Under the pieces are notes generated by a model that saw nothing but the letters and a program-made list of their open reading frames with translations, did no database searches and was not told the DNA's origin. Source: Pyrinomonadaceae bacterium (GTDB lineage Bacteria > Acidobacteriota > Blastocatellia > Pyrinomonadales > Pyrinomonadaceae). From it: 64,000 nt of DNA. The stretch covers positions 192,001-256,000 of the forward strand of contig JBKBYA010000003.1 of assembly GCA_046313635.1 (NCBI GenBank). The letters run 5' to 3'. Both the position numbers and the translations under genes were made by a program. Shown in pieces: positions 49,364 to 58,740 of this stretch (position 1 is its first letter; the number at the start of each line of letters is the position of its first letter).

Positions 49364-50488
49364 ATGAAAAACGAACTTTCTTCGGCCGGGCGGCGAGCGC
49401 CGGCCGGGCTTCGCGATCGTACGTGGTTTTGGATACGGTCTTTGGTTTTAGCAGCAGTCTTATCGCTCGTCGGGGCGGCATTTATCCCCGACGCAATTCC
49501 GTACACTGATTCGAGGGGCATAACGCCGATGGTCAAGGCCCACTCGACCTACGCCGATCTTGCGGCAGGCTCTCTTACTTTTGCTATCACACCGGCGACC
49601 GTCGATCTCATAACGACGAATGACGATTGGTCGCGGGTCGCGTCCGTCGAGGGATTCGAAGGCCGCGGCCTGACGGCGACGCACGGCGTCAACCCGCAGA
49701 CAGTTCTCGGGACCGAGTTCCCTAACGGGAGGCTGCCCAACACGCCGACCAAGGTGGCCGCAAACAAGAGCAATCCGAGCGCATTCAACGTCGGCGGGCT
49801 CGCGGAGTTTGATACCGGGCCGCCGCTCGCTCTGGGTCTGCAGGGAAACGTGCACGCCAATCCGTATCTCGTCTTTTATTTGAACACCCTTGGCCGCTAT
49901 CAGATCCGCATCGCGTACCGCGTAGAGGATATCGACGGCGGCTCAAACAACTCGGTGTCACAGGTCGCACTGCAGTATCGTGTGGGTGAGACCGGAAACT
50001 TCATCAATATCCCCGCCGGCTTCATCGCCGACGCGACCGACGGCGGCGTTGCCGGCCGCGTACAAAATATGAGCGTCGTGCTCCCGACACCGGCCGAGAA
50101 CCAGCCGAGAGTGCAGGTGCGCATCATCACGACAAACGCCGCCGCACCCGACGGGACGAGCACGCCCGACGAGTGGATCGGCGTCAATAACGTCGTGATC
50201 ACCAGTCAGTCGGCGCCGACCGCCGCGACCGTGACCGTAGCGGGTCGTGTGGCCGACGCCGGCGGGCGGGGCATTTGCAATGCGATAGTGACGCTGACCG
50301 ATCTCGACGGGACGTCCCGCACGGCGACGACCAATCCGTTCGGCTACTACAGATTTCACGAGGTGCCTGCCGGAGCGGCGTACATCGTCGCGGTCGCGAG
50401 CAAGCGCTATGCATTCAGTCCGGACTCGCGCGTCGTGACGGTCGTCGAAGATCTGAACGACGTGGATTTTTTTGCCGACGATCGATAA
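49364..50488 (+). CDS. Exported protein with C-terminal carboxypeptidase-regulatory-like domain
   Basis: N-terminal hydrophobic helix; PTAATVTVAGRV...TNPFGYYRF tail. Confidence 0.75.
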   Translation: MKNELSSAGRRAPAGLRDRTWFWIRSLVLAAVLSLVGAAFIPDAIPYTDSRGITPMVKAHSTYADLAAGSLTFAITPATVDLITTNDDWSRVASVEGFEGRGLTATHGVNPQTVLGTEFPNGRLPNTPTKVAANKSNPSAFNVGGLAEFDTGPPLALGLQGNVHANPYLVFYLNTLGRYQIRIAYRVEDIDGGSNNSVSQVALQYRVGETGNFINIPAGFIADATDGGVAGRVQNMSVVLPTPAENQPRVQVRIITTNAAAPDGTSTPDEWIGVNNVVITSQSAPTAATVTVAGRVADAGGRGICNAIVTLTDLDGTSRTATTNPFGYYRFHEVPAGAAYIVAVASKRYAFSPDSRVVTVVEDLNDVDFFADDR

Positions 50489-50511
50489 CGGTCGCGCTTT
50501 CTCAAGTCGTT

Positions 50512-51828
50512 TCAGCGGCTCTTCTCGGCCCAGATGCGGACGAGATGGACGAGGGTCTCGGTCGACTTTTCGAGGCCCTTTCTTGAATTGAATTCGAGCT
50601 TGCCGTGAAAGTTGTGCCCGCCCGTGAACAGGTTGGGCGTCGGCAATCCCATTGCGGTCAGACGCGAGCCGTCGGTGCCGCCTCGGATCGGCCGCAGCTC
50701 GGCCTTGATCCCCGCACGCGCGGCGGCCTCGATTGCGTAGTCTGTCAGCTGCGGGTGATCTTTGAGCACCTCTTTCATATTCAGATAGCCGAGCTCGCTC
50801 TTGTATTCGATCCGGACGTCCGGGTACTTCTTCTGCGTTTCGGCGATCACCTTTTTGACCGCTTCTTCCTGTGCGGCGAGGCCGTTGATATCAAAGTCGC
50901 GCAGGAGGATCTTGATCGTCGAGGTCTCGACGTCGAGACCGCCGACGTACGCGTGCAGGAAGCCCTCGCGGCCCGCGGTCGTCTCGGGGCGATTTGGCAC
51001 CATCGCGGGGAAACGCGACAAAAAGTCGCCGGCCGCGTACGCCGAATTGATCATTATTCCCTTGGCCGTGCCCGGATGAGTCGACCTGCCTCTGAACGTC
51101 ACGGTCGCGGTGCGCGCCGACCACGTTTCGTTCGAGATGTCGCCGAGCTGCTCGCCGTCGACCGTGTACGCAAACTTTGCCCCAAAGCCCTTGATGTCAA
51201 ACTTCTCGATGCCGCCGCCGACCTCTTCGTCGGGTGTGAATGCGACGGCGATGTTGCCGTGCTTGATCTGCGGATTCTGCCCGAGGATGTCGATCATCGT
51301 CATGATCTCGGCGATGCCGGCCTTGTCGTCCGAGCCGAGCAGGGTCGTGCCGTCGGCCGTGATGATGTCGTCGCCGATGAGGTTCTTGAGGTCAGGATTT
51401 TGCGCGACGGTGATGACCTGCGTCTTGTCGTTCGGCAGGACGATGTCGCCGCCCTGATAATTCTTGTGAATGATCGCGTTGACATTCGCACCCGAAACGG
51501 CCGGCGACGTGTCCATGTGCGCGATGAAGCCGATCGTCGGCACCTTGGAGTTGTCAGGCAGATTGCCCGGCACCATGCCGTAGACGATGCCGAACTCGCT
51601 CACGCGCACATTCTGCACGCCGAGGTCCTTCAATTCCTTTTCGAGCAGCCGCGCCAGCACGAGCTGCTTGTCTGTGCTCGGCACCTTGCCCGCGTCCTCC
51701 GCCGACTGCGTATCGATCTTCACATACCGCAGAAACCGGTCCATCACCGACTCGGTCGGCGGTTTTGTCTGCGCGGCCGTCGAGACGGTCAGCAACACCG
51801 AAATAAGTAGAGAAACAATAATTTTCAT
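50512..51828 (-). CDS. pepT: Peptidase T (tripeptidase) with signal peptide
   Basis: RFLRYVKIDTQS, AHMDTS, LLGSDDKAG, FTPDEE, IRGGTDG, GGHNFH. Confidence 0.92.
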   Translation of the reverse strand: MKIIVSLLISVLLTVSTAAQTKPPTESVMDRFLRYVKIDTQSAEDAGKVPSTDKQLVLARLLEKELKDLGVQNVRVSEFGIVYGMVPGNLPDNSKVPTIGFIAHMDTSPAVSGANVNAIIHKNYQGGDIVLPNDKTQVITVAQNPDLKNLIGDDIITADGTTLLGSDDKAGIAEIMTMIDILGQNPQIKHGNIAVAFTPDEEVGGGIEKFDIKGFGAKFAYTVDGEQLGDISNETWSARTATVTFRGRSTHPGTAKGIMINSAYAAGDFLSRFPAMVPNRPETTAGREGFLHAYVGGLDVETSTIKILLRDFDINGLAAQEEAVKKVIAETQKKYPDVRIEYKSELGYLNMKEVLKDHPQLTDYAIEAAARAGIKAELRPIRGGTDGSRLTAMGLPTPNLFTGGHNFHGKLEFNSRKGLEKSTETLVHLVRIWAEKSR

Positions 51829-51853
51829 ATGAACAAAAAAGAGCAGCGACAAA

Positions 51854-52575
51854 GTCAGAACCGCCTCGCGTAAGCGGGCTGAAGGACGCCCGGCCCCGGC
51901 AGCCGCAGAGCCATCCGCGAGCTCGTCACGACTTCGCCCATTTATCAAACGCGCCGAGATCCGCACCCTGCCCATTCACCACATAATCGCACGCTCGAAA
52001 CACGTCGTCCTCCGTCCACAGCCATCGCTCGCTCCCGCCGGCGACCCACGGCGAGTGGGCGTACGTCCAGCAGTCGTGCTCGCGCAGCCTGCGTGTCGAA
52101 TATGCCTTGAAGGCATTCAGTGCCCGGAAAGGTTTCAGCGGGCCGATCGACACGACGGCGTGTGCGTGGTGCGTTCTGACATTCAAGGCACGCAAGATCC
52201 AGTCTCTATGTTCGCACACCTCGCGGATCGCTGCGTCGACGACACTTCTTTGAGCGGCATTCAGGATCACCGGGTTGCTCTTCAATTTCTTGCGGTGCTG
52301 CCGCTCGAGAATTGGATTAGGCGCGACGCGCGGAGCAAGATACTTGTTATTGAACCTGTCTATCGAACCGCGTTCGTCGCCGGGAAGCCAGCTTCCGTAC
52401 GTGCGAAACGTTATCAAGTATGCCAGCGGAATGTCGGTATCGTTCCAGAATGTCATTATGTTGGTGCGATCCGGGCGACGTGCGGCTCCCCGACGCGCGC
52501 GGCGACGGCCTGAAGGTTTGAAACGTCGGCTTTGGGCCGGGCGACGTGCCACCCGCTGACGCGGGCGGTTCTGAC
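51854..52575 (-). mobile_element. RAYT locus: tyrosine transposase flanked by inverted REPs
   Basis: GTCAGAACCGCCTCGCGTAAGCGGG (51854) and inverted CCCGCTGACGCGGGCGGTTCTGAC (52552-52575) bracket the ORF. Confidence 0.85.
51926..52456 (-). CDS. REP-associated tyrosine transposase (Y1/HUH)
   Basis: YLITFRTYGSWLPGD, HAH HUH motif, FKAYSTR, PW..G, DYV catalytic Tyr. Confidence 0.85.
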   Translation of the reverse strand: MTFWNDTDIPLAYLITFRTYGSWLPGDERGSIDRFNNKYLAPRVAPNPILERQHRKKLKSNPVILNAAQRSVVDAAIREVCEHRDWILRALNVRTHHAHAVVSIGPLKPFRALNAFKAYSTRRLREHDCWTYAHSPWVAGGSERWLWTEDDVFRACDYVVNGQGADLGAFDKWAKS

Positions 52576-52582
52576 CTTTGCG

Positions 52583-54037
52583 TCACAGCTTGACGCAGAC
52601 ATTCTTCTCTTCCGTAAAAAACTTCAGCGCCTCGAATCCGCCCTCGCGGCCGAGGCCGCTGTCTTTTACGCCGCCGAATGGCGTTCTGAGATCTCGCACG
52701 AGCCAGCAGTTGATCCAGACGACGCCGGCCTCGAGGCGGGCTGCAACGCGGTGGGCGCGGGAGAGATTTTCGGTCCAGACGGTCGACGACAGACCGTAGC
52801 GGACGCTGTTTGCGTAGCCGAGAACTTCTTCCTCGGTGTCGAACGGCGTGATCGTCACTACCGGGCCAAAGATCTCTTCCTGATTGGTGCGGCAGTCGTG
52901 CGATAGGCCTTCGATGATGGTCGGCTCGATGAAGTAACCGTCGGCGCAGCGGCCGTCGAGATCGACCTGCTTGCCGCCGGTGAGGATGCGGCCGCCTTCC
53001 TGCTGGGCCAGATCGATGTACGACATTATCTTTTCAAAGTGCGGCCGCGAGACGATCGCGCCGACATCGGTGTCGTCGGCGAGCGGGTCGCCGACCTTGA
53101 GCTTTGAAACGCGTTGGACAAAGTCGCTTTTGAATTGCTCGTACATCGGCCGCTCGACAAAGATGCGCGAGCCGCAGAGACATATCTGGCCCTGATTCGC
53201 GAATGACGAACGCACGGTCGTCGCGAGCATCTCGTCGTAGCTGCAGTCGGCGAAGATGATGTTCGGATTTTTGCCGCCGAGCTCAAGCGAGAGCTTTTTG
53301 AATCGCGGCGCGGCGAGGCCGGCGATCGTCTCGCCCGTTTTGGTACCGCCGGTGAACGAGATCGCTTTTACATCTTTGTGCGAGACGATCGCGGTGCCGA
53401 CCTTTGGGCCGAGACCGTGAACGATGTTGAGCACGCCGGCGGGCAGGCCGGCCTCGATGCAGAGCTTTGAGAGCAGATACGCGGTCATCGGCGTGACCTC
53501 GCTCGGCTTCGCGACGACGGTGCAGCCTGCGGCAAGAGCGGGCGCGACCTTCCAGGTAAAGAGATAGAGCGGCAGATTCCATGGGCTTATGCAGCCGACG
53601 ACGCCGAGCGGGTGCCGCAGCGTGTAGTTGATCGCCCGCCCGCCGCCGGCGAGCGAGGTGTCGTGCGACTCGCTGAAGGCGTGAATCGCGGCGGTCGCGT
53701 AAAACCTGAAGTTTGCCGACGCCCGTGGGATGTCCATCGCCCGCGCGAGAGCGAGCGGCTTGCCGTTGTCCACACATTCCGCCCGTGCAAGCTCTTCGGC
53801 GTCGCGCTCGATGAGCGAGACGAGACGCATCAATACCTCGGACCTCGACTCGGCCGGCATCCGCGACCATTCTTCAAAAGCCGCGCCGGCCGCCGCCGCG
53901 GCACGCTCGACGTCGCGCTCGTCCGAGTCGGGCGTGAGCGAGTAGACCTCGCCCGTCGCCGGATCGAGATTGTCCAGATAACTGCCTGACACCGGAGCGA
54001 CGAGCTCGCCGCCGATAAGGTTTTGGATCTTGTTCAT
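52583..54037 (-). CDS. nbaE: 2-aminomuconate semialdehyde dehydrogenase (ALDH8-like)
   Basis: ISPWNLPLYLFTWK, LELGGKNP, NQGQICLCGSR, EEIFGPV, WLVRDLRTPFGG. Confidence 0.88.
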   Translation of the reverse strand: MNKIQNLIGGELVAPVSGSYLDNLDPATGEVYSLTPDSDERDVERAAAAAGAAFEEWSRMPAESRSEVLMRLVSLIERDAEELARAECVDNGKPLALARAMDIPRASANFRFYATAAIHAFSESHDTSLAGGGRAINYTLRHPLGVVGCISPWNLPLYLFTWKVAPALAAGCTVVAKPSEVTPMTAYLLSKLCIEAGLPAGVLNIVHGLGPKVGTAIVSHKDVKAISFTGGTKTGETIAGLAAPRFKKLSLELGGKNPNIIFADCSYDEMLATTVRSSFANQGQICLCGSRIFVERPMYEQFKSDFVQRVSKLKVGDPLADDTDVGAIVSRPHFEKIMSYIDLAQQEGGRILTGGKQVDLDGRCADGYFIEPTIIEGLSHDCRTNQEEIFGPVVTITPFDTEEEVLGYANSVRYGLSSTVWTENLSRAHRVAARLEAGVVWINCWLVRDLRTPFGGVKDSGLGREGGFEALKFFTEEKNVCVKL

Positions 54038-54204
54038 TGCTGGTCGGGTCTCGGGTCGATTCTAGCATCGCAGGCCGCCCGGCCCAGAGTTTGTCATAAG
54101 CGCGGGTGACACGATCAGGCGGAGCGCTTCGCGTTGCTTGTCGTGGACGCCCCCAGAAGAGCGAGCGTCGATGCAGTTTGCAATTTATACCAAGGAGCAA
54201 TTTT

Positions 54205-55899
54205 ATGACACCCACTACCAAACAACTGTTACGCGGCGGAGCGCTTTGCGTCGCGGCCGTACTTTCGCTGGCCGGCTTTTTGATCAGCGGCCCGTCAGGC
54301 CGGATGGAGTCGGGCCCCGCTTCGCGGGCGATCGTCTTTGATCGCTACGACGCCGAATTCGGAACAAGCAAGATCTTTGTGACCGATGCGGCCGGCAGTC
54401 AGGTCGTCGAGATCGGGAGCGGATTCAGCCCTTCGTGGTCGCCGGACGGGACAAAGATCGCGTTTGCCGACGCCGAGAATGGCGGCGAGACGACCGACAT
54501 TTACACGATGAACGCAGACGGCAGCGGCCGGACGCGCGTCACATACAACTACACCAGCTACGCGCCTGAGTGGTCGCCGCTCGGCGATCGCATCGCATTC
54601 GTCAGCACGCACGAGGGCAACAGTCACATCTACATCGTCAACGTCGACGGTACAAACCAGCAAAGGCTCGCCCTCCCGGACGGCGAGTTCCTCAGCGAAG
54701 GCTCGCCCGTCTGGACGCCGGACGGTACGGGCATCGTGTTTCAGGGAACGATCGAAACACCTGCCGGAGCCCGCGACGACTACTACCGGGCCGACGCGGC
54801 AAACAGCGGAGCGGTCCAGCGTCTGACGTACGTCAACGCGCTCTTTGACGCGGGCAAATCGTCGATCTCACCCGACGGCACAAAGCTCGTGACGCGGTAC
54901 CAGCACAGCATTCAGGCCTTTGCTCTCGACGGCAGCCAGACGGTGACAAACCTTACCGCGGGAATGGCCGAGCAGCCGTACGATCCCGATTTTGCCGCGG
55001 GCGGGACCCGCATCGTCTTTGCAAAGGGCGACTACCTCGCCGTGATGCGCGCTGACGGAAGCGACGTCGTCAGTCTCGACGTCGCCGGCACCCGGCCCGA
55101 TTGGAACCCGACGGTGGTCGTCGTCGATCCGACGCCGACACCGACCGCGACGCCGACCCCGAGCGTCGATCTCGCCGTGCATGCATCGGCCGCTCCGGCG
55201 ACGGTTGCGGTGGGCGGCCAGACGACCTTTACCGTCACGATCACCAATCCGGGCGCGTTCGTCGCGACCGACGTTCATCTCACGGCGCCCATCGCCGCGG
55301 GCCTGACGATCGGGCAGATAAACGCGGGGCAGGGGAGCTGCACCGCGGCGAATGGCGCCATCGACTGCACGCTCGGCGCGATCGCGGGCAATTCGTCGGT
55401 GACGGTCACGATCGCCGCGACCGTGAACGCCGCCGGATACATCGGCACGACCTTCACCGTCGCGGCCGCCGAGGCTGATCCCGACCTCGGCAACAACTCG
55501 CAGGCCGCCGGCGTGACCGGCACGGCGACGACGCCTTGCGCCCCGCCGCTTATCGAGCAGGTCGAGCTGCGAGACAACGGCCATTGGACCCGCGACGAGC
55601 GGACCGGCATCGACACGCTGCGGACGACGATCCGCAACCGCTCGGGCCGTACGCTCGACGCACGGGTGATGTTTGTCATCACGATCAACACGCCCGGCGT
55701 GACGATCGACCCGAGCGCCGTCGCCGGCTACACGCAGTGTACGACGCCGAACGGGCTGCCGTACCTGGTCGCGTACGCTCCGAACAAAAAGGAGTGGAAG
55801 CCGAATCAGGACATCACGGTCCGGATCCCTTTCGTCAACCCGAGCCGCGGCGGCATCGACTGGACGTGGGCGTGGTACGGCGGATCGCTGAATCCGTAA
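54205..55899 (+). CDS. Exported TolB/PD40 propeller + DUF11 domain protein
   Basis: PSWSPDGTKIAF repeats, PTPT linker, DUF11-like Ig domain ending DPDLGNN; AAGGAG RBS. Confidence 0.82.
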   Translation: MTPTTKQLLRGGALCVAAVLSLAGFLISGPSGRMESGPASRAIVFDRYDAEFGTSKIFVTDAAGSQVVEIGSGFSPSWSPDGTKIAFADAENGGETTDIYTMNADGSGRTRVTYNYTSYAPEWSPLGDRIAFVSTHEGNSHIYIVNVDGTNQQRLALPDGEFLSEGSPVWTPDGTGIVFQGTIETPAGARDDYYRADAANSGAVQRLTYVNALFDAGKSSISPDGTKLVTRYQHSIQAFALDGSQTVTNLTAGMAEQPYDPDFAAGGTRIVFAKGDYLAVMRADGSDVVSLDVAGTRPDWNPTVVVVDPTPTPTATPTPSVDLAVHASAAPATVAVGGQTTFTVTITNPGAFVATDVHLTAPIAAGLTIGQINAGQGSCTAANGAIDCTLGAIAGNSSVTVTIAATVNAAGYIGTTFTVAAAEADPDLGNNSQAAGVTGTATTPCAPPLIEQVELRDNGHWTRDERTGIDTLRTTIRNRSGRTLDARVMFVITINTPGVTIDPSAVAGYTQCTTPNGLPYLVAYAPNKKEWKPNQDITVRIPFVNPSRGGIDWTWAWYGGSLNP

Positions 55900-55921
55900 G
55901 TTCGCTCGATAGCGAGCATGC

Positions 55922-55953
55922 AAAAGGGGCCGTCAACAGCGGCCCCTCTTTTT
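55922..55953 (+). terminator. Intrinsic terminator
   Basis: AAAAGGGGCCG-loop-CGGCCCCTCTTTTT between convergent genes. Confidence 0.75.
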
Positions 55954-55973
55954 GTCCGGGTACGATCGACAAG

Positions 55974-57155
55974 CTACGGCACGCGCCCGTATTTTTTGAG
56001 CAAAGCTTTTACTTCGTCGAGCGGCAGCGCCTGCACGGCCCGCTTGTCTCGGCCGGTGACGGTCGTCGCTCGGAAAAGCGAATTGTAGATCGCCTCTTCC
56101 GTCGCCTCGATCACGGCCTGAAAGAGCGGCGACATCGCGTCGTTGCCGAGGACCTTTACGGTGCGAAGTTTGTCGGAGGCACGAATGCGGTTTTCCACCA
56201 CTGTGGAAAACGCGATCGCGTAATCGCCGCTGCCGTTGGTCATCGACGAGCCCGTACGCGCAAGCCCGGCCATCGAACGCTCGGCCAATCGTCTGAGCTG
56301 TCGATGGTCGAGCGGCGCGTCCGTCGCGATCACGATGATGATCGAACCGTCCGCCGATTCCGGATCGCGGAATTCGGATTGCGGATTTGCCGACGCCGCG
56401 ATGGCGTCTTTCAGGTAATACTTCCCAAGCTCGACTCCGACCGGTGCTCCGTCGATCGTCAGCACGCCGCCGAAATTTGTCTGCACGAGCACGCCGAGCG
56501 TGTAGCTGCCGAGCGATGGGGGCAGCTTTCGCGAAGCGGTGCCGATACCGCCCTTCCAGCCGAAAGCGACCGTGCCCGTGCCGGCGCCGACGGAGCCCTC
56601 GTCGACGGCTCCGGACCTCGCATTTTTGATCGCGTTAAAAACATCTTCGCGCGTGACGTGGCGGCCGCGAATGTCGTTGAGAGATCCGTCGTTCGTCTCG
56701 GCGACGAGCGGATTGATCGACTGCACGTTCTCGTTGCCCGGCAGCGCGAGCATATAGTCGAGCAGGAAGTCCGCGGTCCGCGGCACCGCGAGCGTCGATG
56801 TAAGCAGGATCGGCGTCTCGATCTCGCCGAGCTCGTTGACCTGCGTCGAGCCGGCAAGCTTGCCAAAGCCGTTGCCGACGTAAACGGCGCCCGGAACTTT
56901 TTCTTGAAACAGATTCCCGCCGTGCGGCAAGATCGCCGTCACGCCGGTACGGATGCTGTCCCCGCGAATGATCGTCGTCTGTCCGACCGCGACGCCGGGC
57001 ACGTCGGTGATCGCGTTGAGAGCGCCGGTCGAGAGTATGCCGATCTTCAAACCGATGTCGCGCGCACGCGGCCGTTCGGCCTGCGACTGAGCCGCCGCAG
57101 ACGCGCTCAGCGAAGCGATCGACAGCAGGAGAATTGCGACACGAGCGGACCTCAT
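55974..57155 (-). CDS. DmpA/P1-family aminopeptidase with signal peptide
   Basis: NAITDVPGV.VG, RTGVT, NGFGKLAG, VGAGTG, GSIIIVIATDAP, GSGDYAIAFS. Confidence 0.9.
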   Translation of the reverse strand: MRSARVAILLLSIASLSASAAAQSQAERPRARDIGLKIGILSTGALNAITDVPGVAVGQTTIIRGDSIRTGVTAILPHGGNLFQEKVPGAVYVGNGFGKLAGSTQVNELGEIETPILLTSTLAVPRTADFLLDYMLALPGNENVQSINPLVAETNDGSLNDIRGRHVTREDVFNAIKNARSGAVDEGSVGAGTGTVAFGWKGGIGTASRKLPPSLGSYTLGVLVQTNFGGVLTIDGAPVGVELGKYYLKDAIAASANPQSEFRDPESADGSIIIVIATDAPLDHRQLRRLAERSMAGLARTGSSMTNGSGDYAIAFSTVVENRIRASDKLRTVKVLGNDAMSPLFQAVIEATEEAIYNSLFRATTVTGRDKRAVQALPLDEVKALLKKYGRVP

Positions 57156-57164
57156 CGATCTCTC

Positions 57165-57758
57165 TTACACCTTCGCGAATGTCAGGCCGGTCTGACCTTG
57201 ATACTTGCCGCCGCGGTCGTCGTACGAGACCGCGCAGTCCTCGTCGGATTCGAAGAAGAGTATCTGGCCGATGCCCTCGTTGACGTAAACGCGCAGCGGC
57301 AGATTGGCAAGATTCGCGATCTCGACGACGAGCCGGCCTGTCCATCCGGCCTCGAGCGGCGTGGTGTTGACGAGCAGCCCGGCGCGGGCGTACGTCGACT
57401 TGCCGAGCGCGACGCCGGTCACGTTGCGCGGCATCTTGAACGTCTCGACCGTCACGCCGAGCCCGTAATGATGCGGCGGCAAGAGGTAGTAGCGCGAACC
57501 GTCGTCGGCCGTCTGCAGCTCGGGCTCGACGAGCGAGTACTGCTCGTCAAACTTTTTCGGATCGATCTCTTTGGCGTGGACCGACGAAAAGATGCGAAAG
57601 CCGTCGTCGGCAAGGCGCATATCGTAGCCGTAGCTCGACGCGCCGGCCGAGATGATCTTGCTGCCGTTGGCCTCGCGGACGAGCTCGGGCAAAAACGGAT
57701 CGATCATTCCCCGCTCCTCGGCCATGCGGCGAAGCCAGATATCTGATTTGATGGTCAT
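57165..57758 (-). CDS. dcd: dCTP deaminase
   Basis: SSYGYD, GKSTYARAG, TPLEAGW, EGIGQ, GKYQGQ. Confidence 0.95.
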   Translation of the reverse strand: MTIKSDIWLRRMAEERGMIDPFLPELVREANGSKIISAGASSYGYDMRLADDGFRIFSSVHAKEIDPKKFDEQYSLVEPELQTADDGSRYYLLPPHHYGLGVTVETFKMPRNVTGVALGKSTYARAGLLVNTTPLEAGWTGRLVVEIANLANLPLRVYVNEGIGQILFFESDEDCAVSYDDRGGKYQGQTGLTFAKV

Positions 57759-57822
57759 AAAAAGTTTGAGCCGCCGCTTAGGACGCGACGACTCAAAATC
57801 GTAAGCGAACTGCGCGTCGAAC

Positions 57823-58671
57823 TCAATCGCCGCTCCCGATATGCCGCAAACGCAGCGTGCCGTCGCCGACGGTGAACTTCATCGACACGCCGCCGGCGCC
57901 GGCGCGTGCGGCGATCGAGCGTTCGGTAGGCGGAGCCGTGCGGACGCGCGGCTTGAGACCGCCGAGCGCGTTCTCGATCTTGCCCGTTCGCAGGATGGCC
58001 GCGTCGAGCTCGGCGCTCAGATTTACCGGAAAGCGGACGTCCATCGTGCCGCTCGCGAGCTGCACGTCGATCGCGTTGCCGCGCCAGCTGCGGTCGGGCA
58101 TCGTGATCGCGACCGTGCCTTTGCCGAATGTCGCGTTGAGTCCGCCGCCGACGAGATCGAGTTTTGCAGTCGACTCGAGCGAGTTGACGCGGATCGCTCC
58201 CTCGACGCCGCCGATCGTGATGTCGCCGCGGCCGCCGCTGATCTCGAGATCGCAGTAGCGCGGCACGCCGATCACATAGTCGATGCGGAAGGGCAGGCCG
58301 ATCAGATTCTTCGGAAGTTTTTTGGGCAGTCGTTTGACGAATTTCGTGTCGTGCGTTCCGGTCGAGATGATCGACACGCGGCCGAGGCCCTCCTGCACGA
58401 CAAAGGTGGTGATCTCGGCCAAGCGAGCGAGGTCGGCTTCGCTTGGGGCCTGCAGCTCGATCCGGGCCTCGATCTCGACCTCGCTGCCGCGGGCCGGACG
58501 GACGGTGATCGAGCCCTCGGGCGCGCCGACCACCGCGACCGTTCCGCCCGCGCCGAAATCCATCCGGTCGGTCTTGGTCGTCGTCCGTTTGATCAGTGTC
58601 GACTGCGAAAAGGCGGACAGGCCAAGTGCGGCGACGACCGCAGGCACCAGTAACAGCGATTTGAATTTCAT
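57823..58671 (-). CDS. DUF4097-like exported protein
   Basis: Signal peptide; beta-rich repeats; C-terminal FTVGDGTLRL. Confidence 0.7.
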   Translation of the reverse strand: MKFKSLLLVPAVVAALGLSAFSQSTLIKRTTTKTDRMDFGAGGTVAVVGAPEGSITVRPARGSEVEIEARIELQAPSEADLARLAEITTFVVQEGLGRVSIISTGTHDTKFVKRLPKKLPKNLIGLPFRIDYVIGVPRYCDLEISGGRGDITIGGVEGAIRVNSLESTAKLDLVGGGLNATFGKGTVAITMPDRSWRGNAIDVQLASGTMDVRFPVNLSAELDAAILRTGKIENALGGLKPRVRTAPPTERSIAARAGAGGVSMKFTVGDGTLRLRHIGSGD

Positions 58672-58740
58672 TTGAATTCGGGTCGAGGAGAGATGACGGG
58701 TGAATGTTACGCGCCGCCGACAAACCGCGTCAACATGCTT

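Noticed and set aside
55536..57746. 736-aa + strand ORF and other long antisense ORFs (e.g. 252-1196, 17305-18318, 50605-51810)
   Set aside because: Shadow frames of well-supported genes in high-GC DNA; no motifs
57765..57797. Hairpin just upstream of dcd as a regulatory RNA
   Set aside because: Single imperfect stem; cannot be distinguished from a REP remnant or terminator
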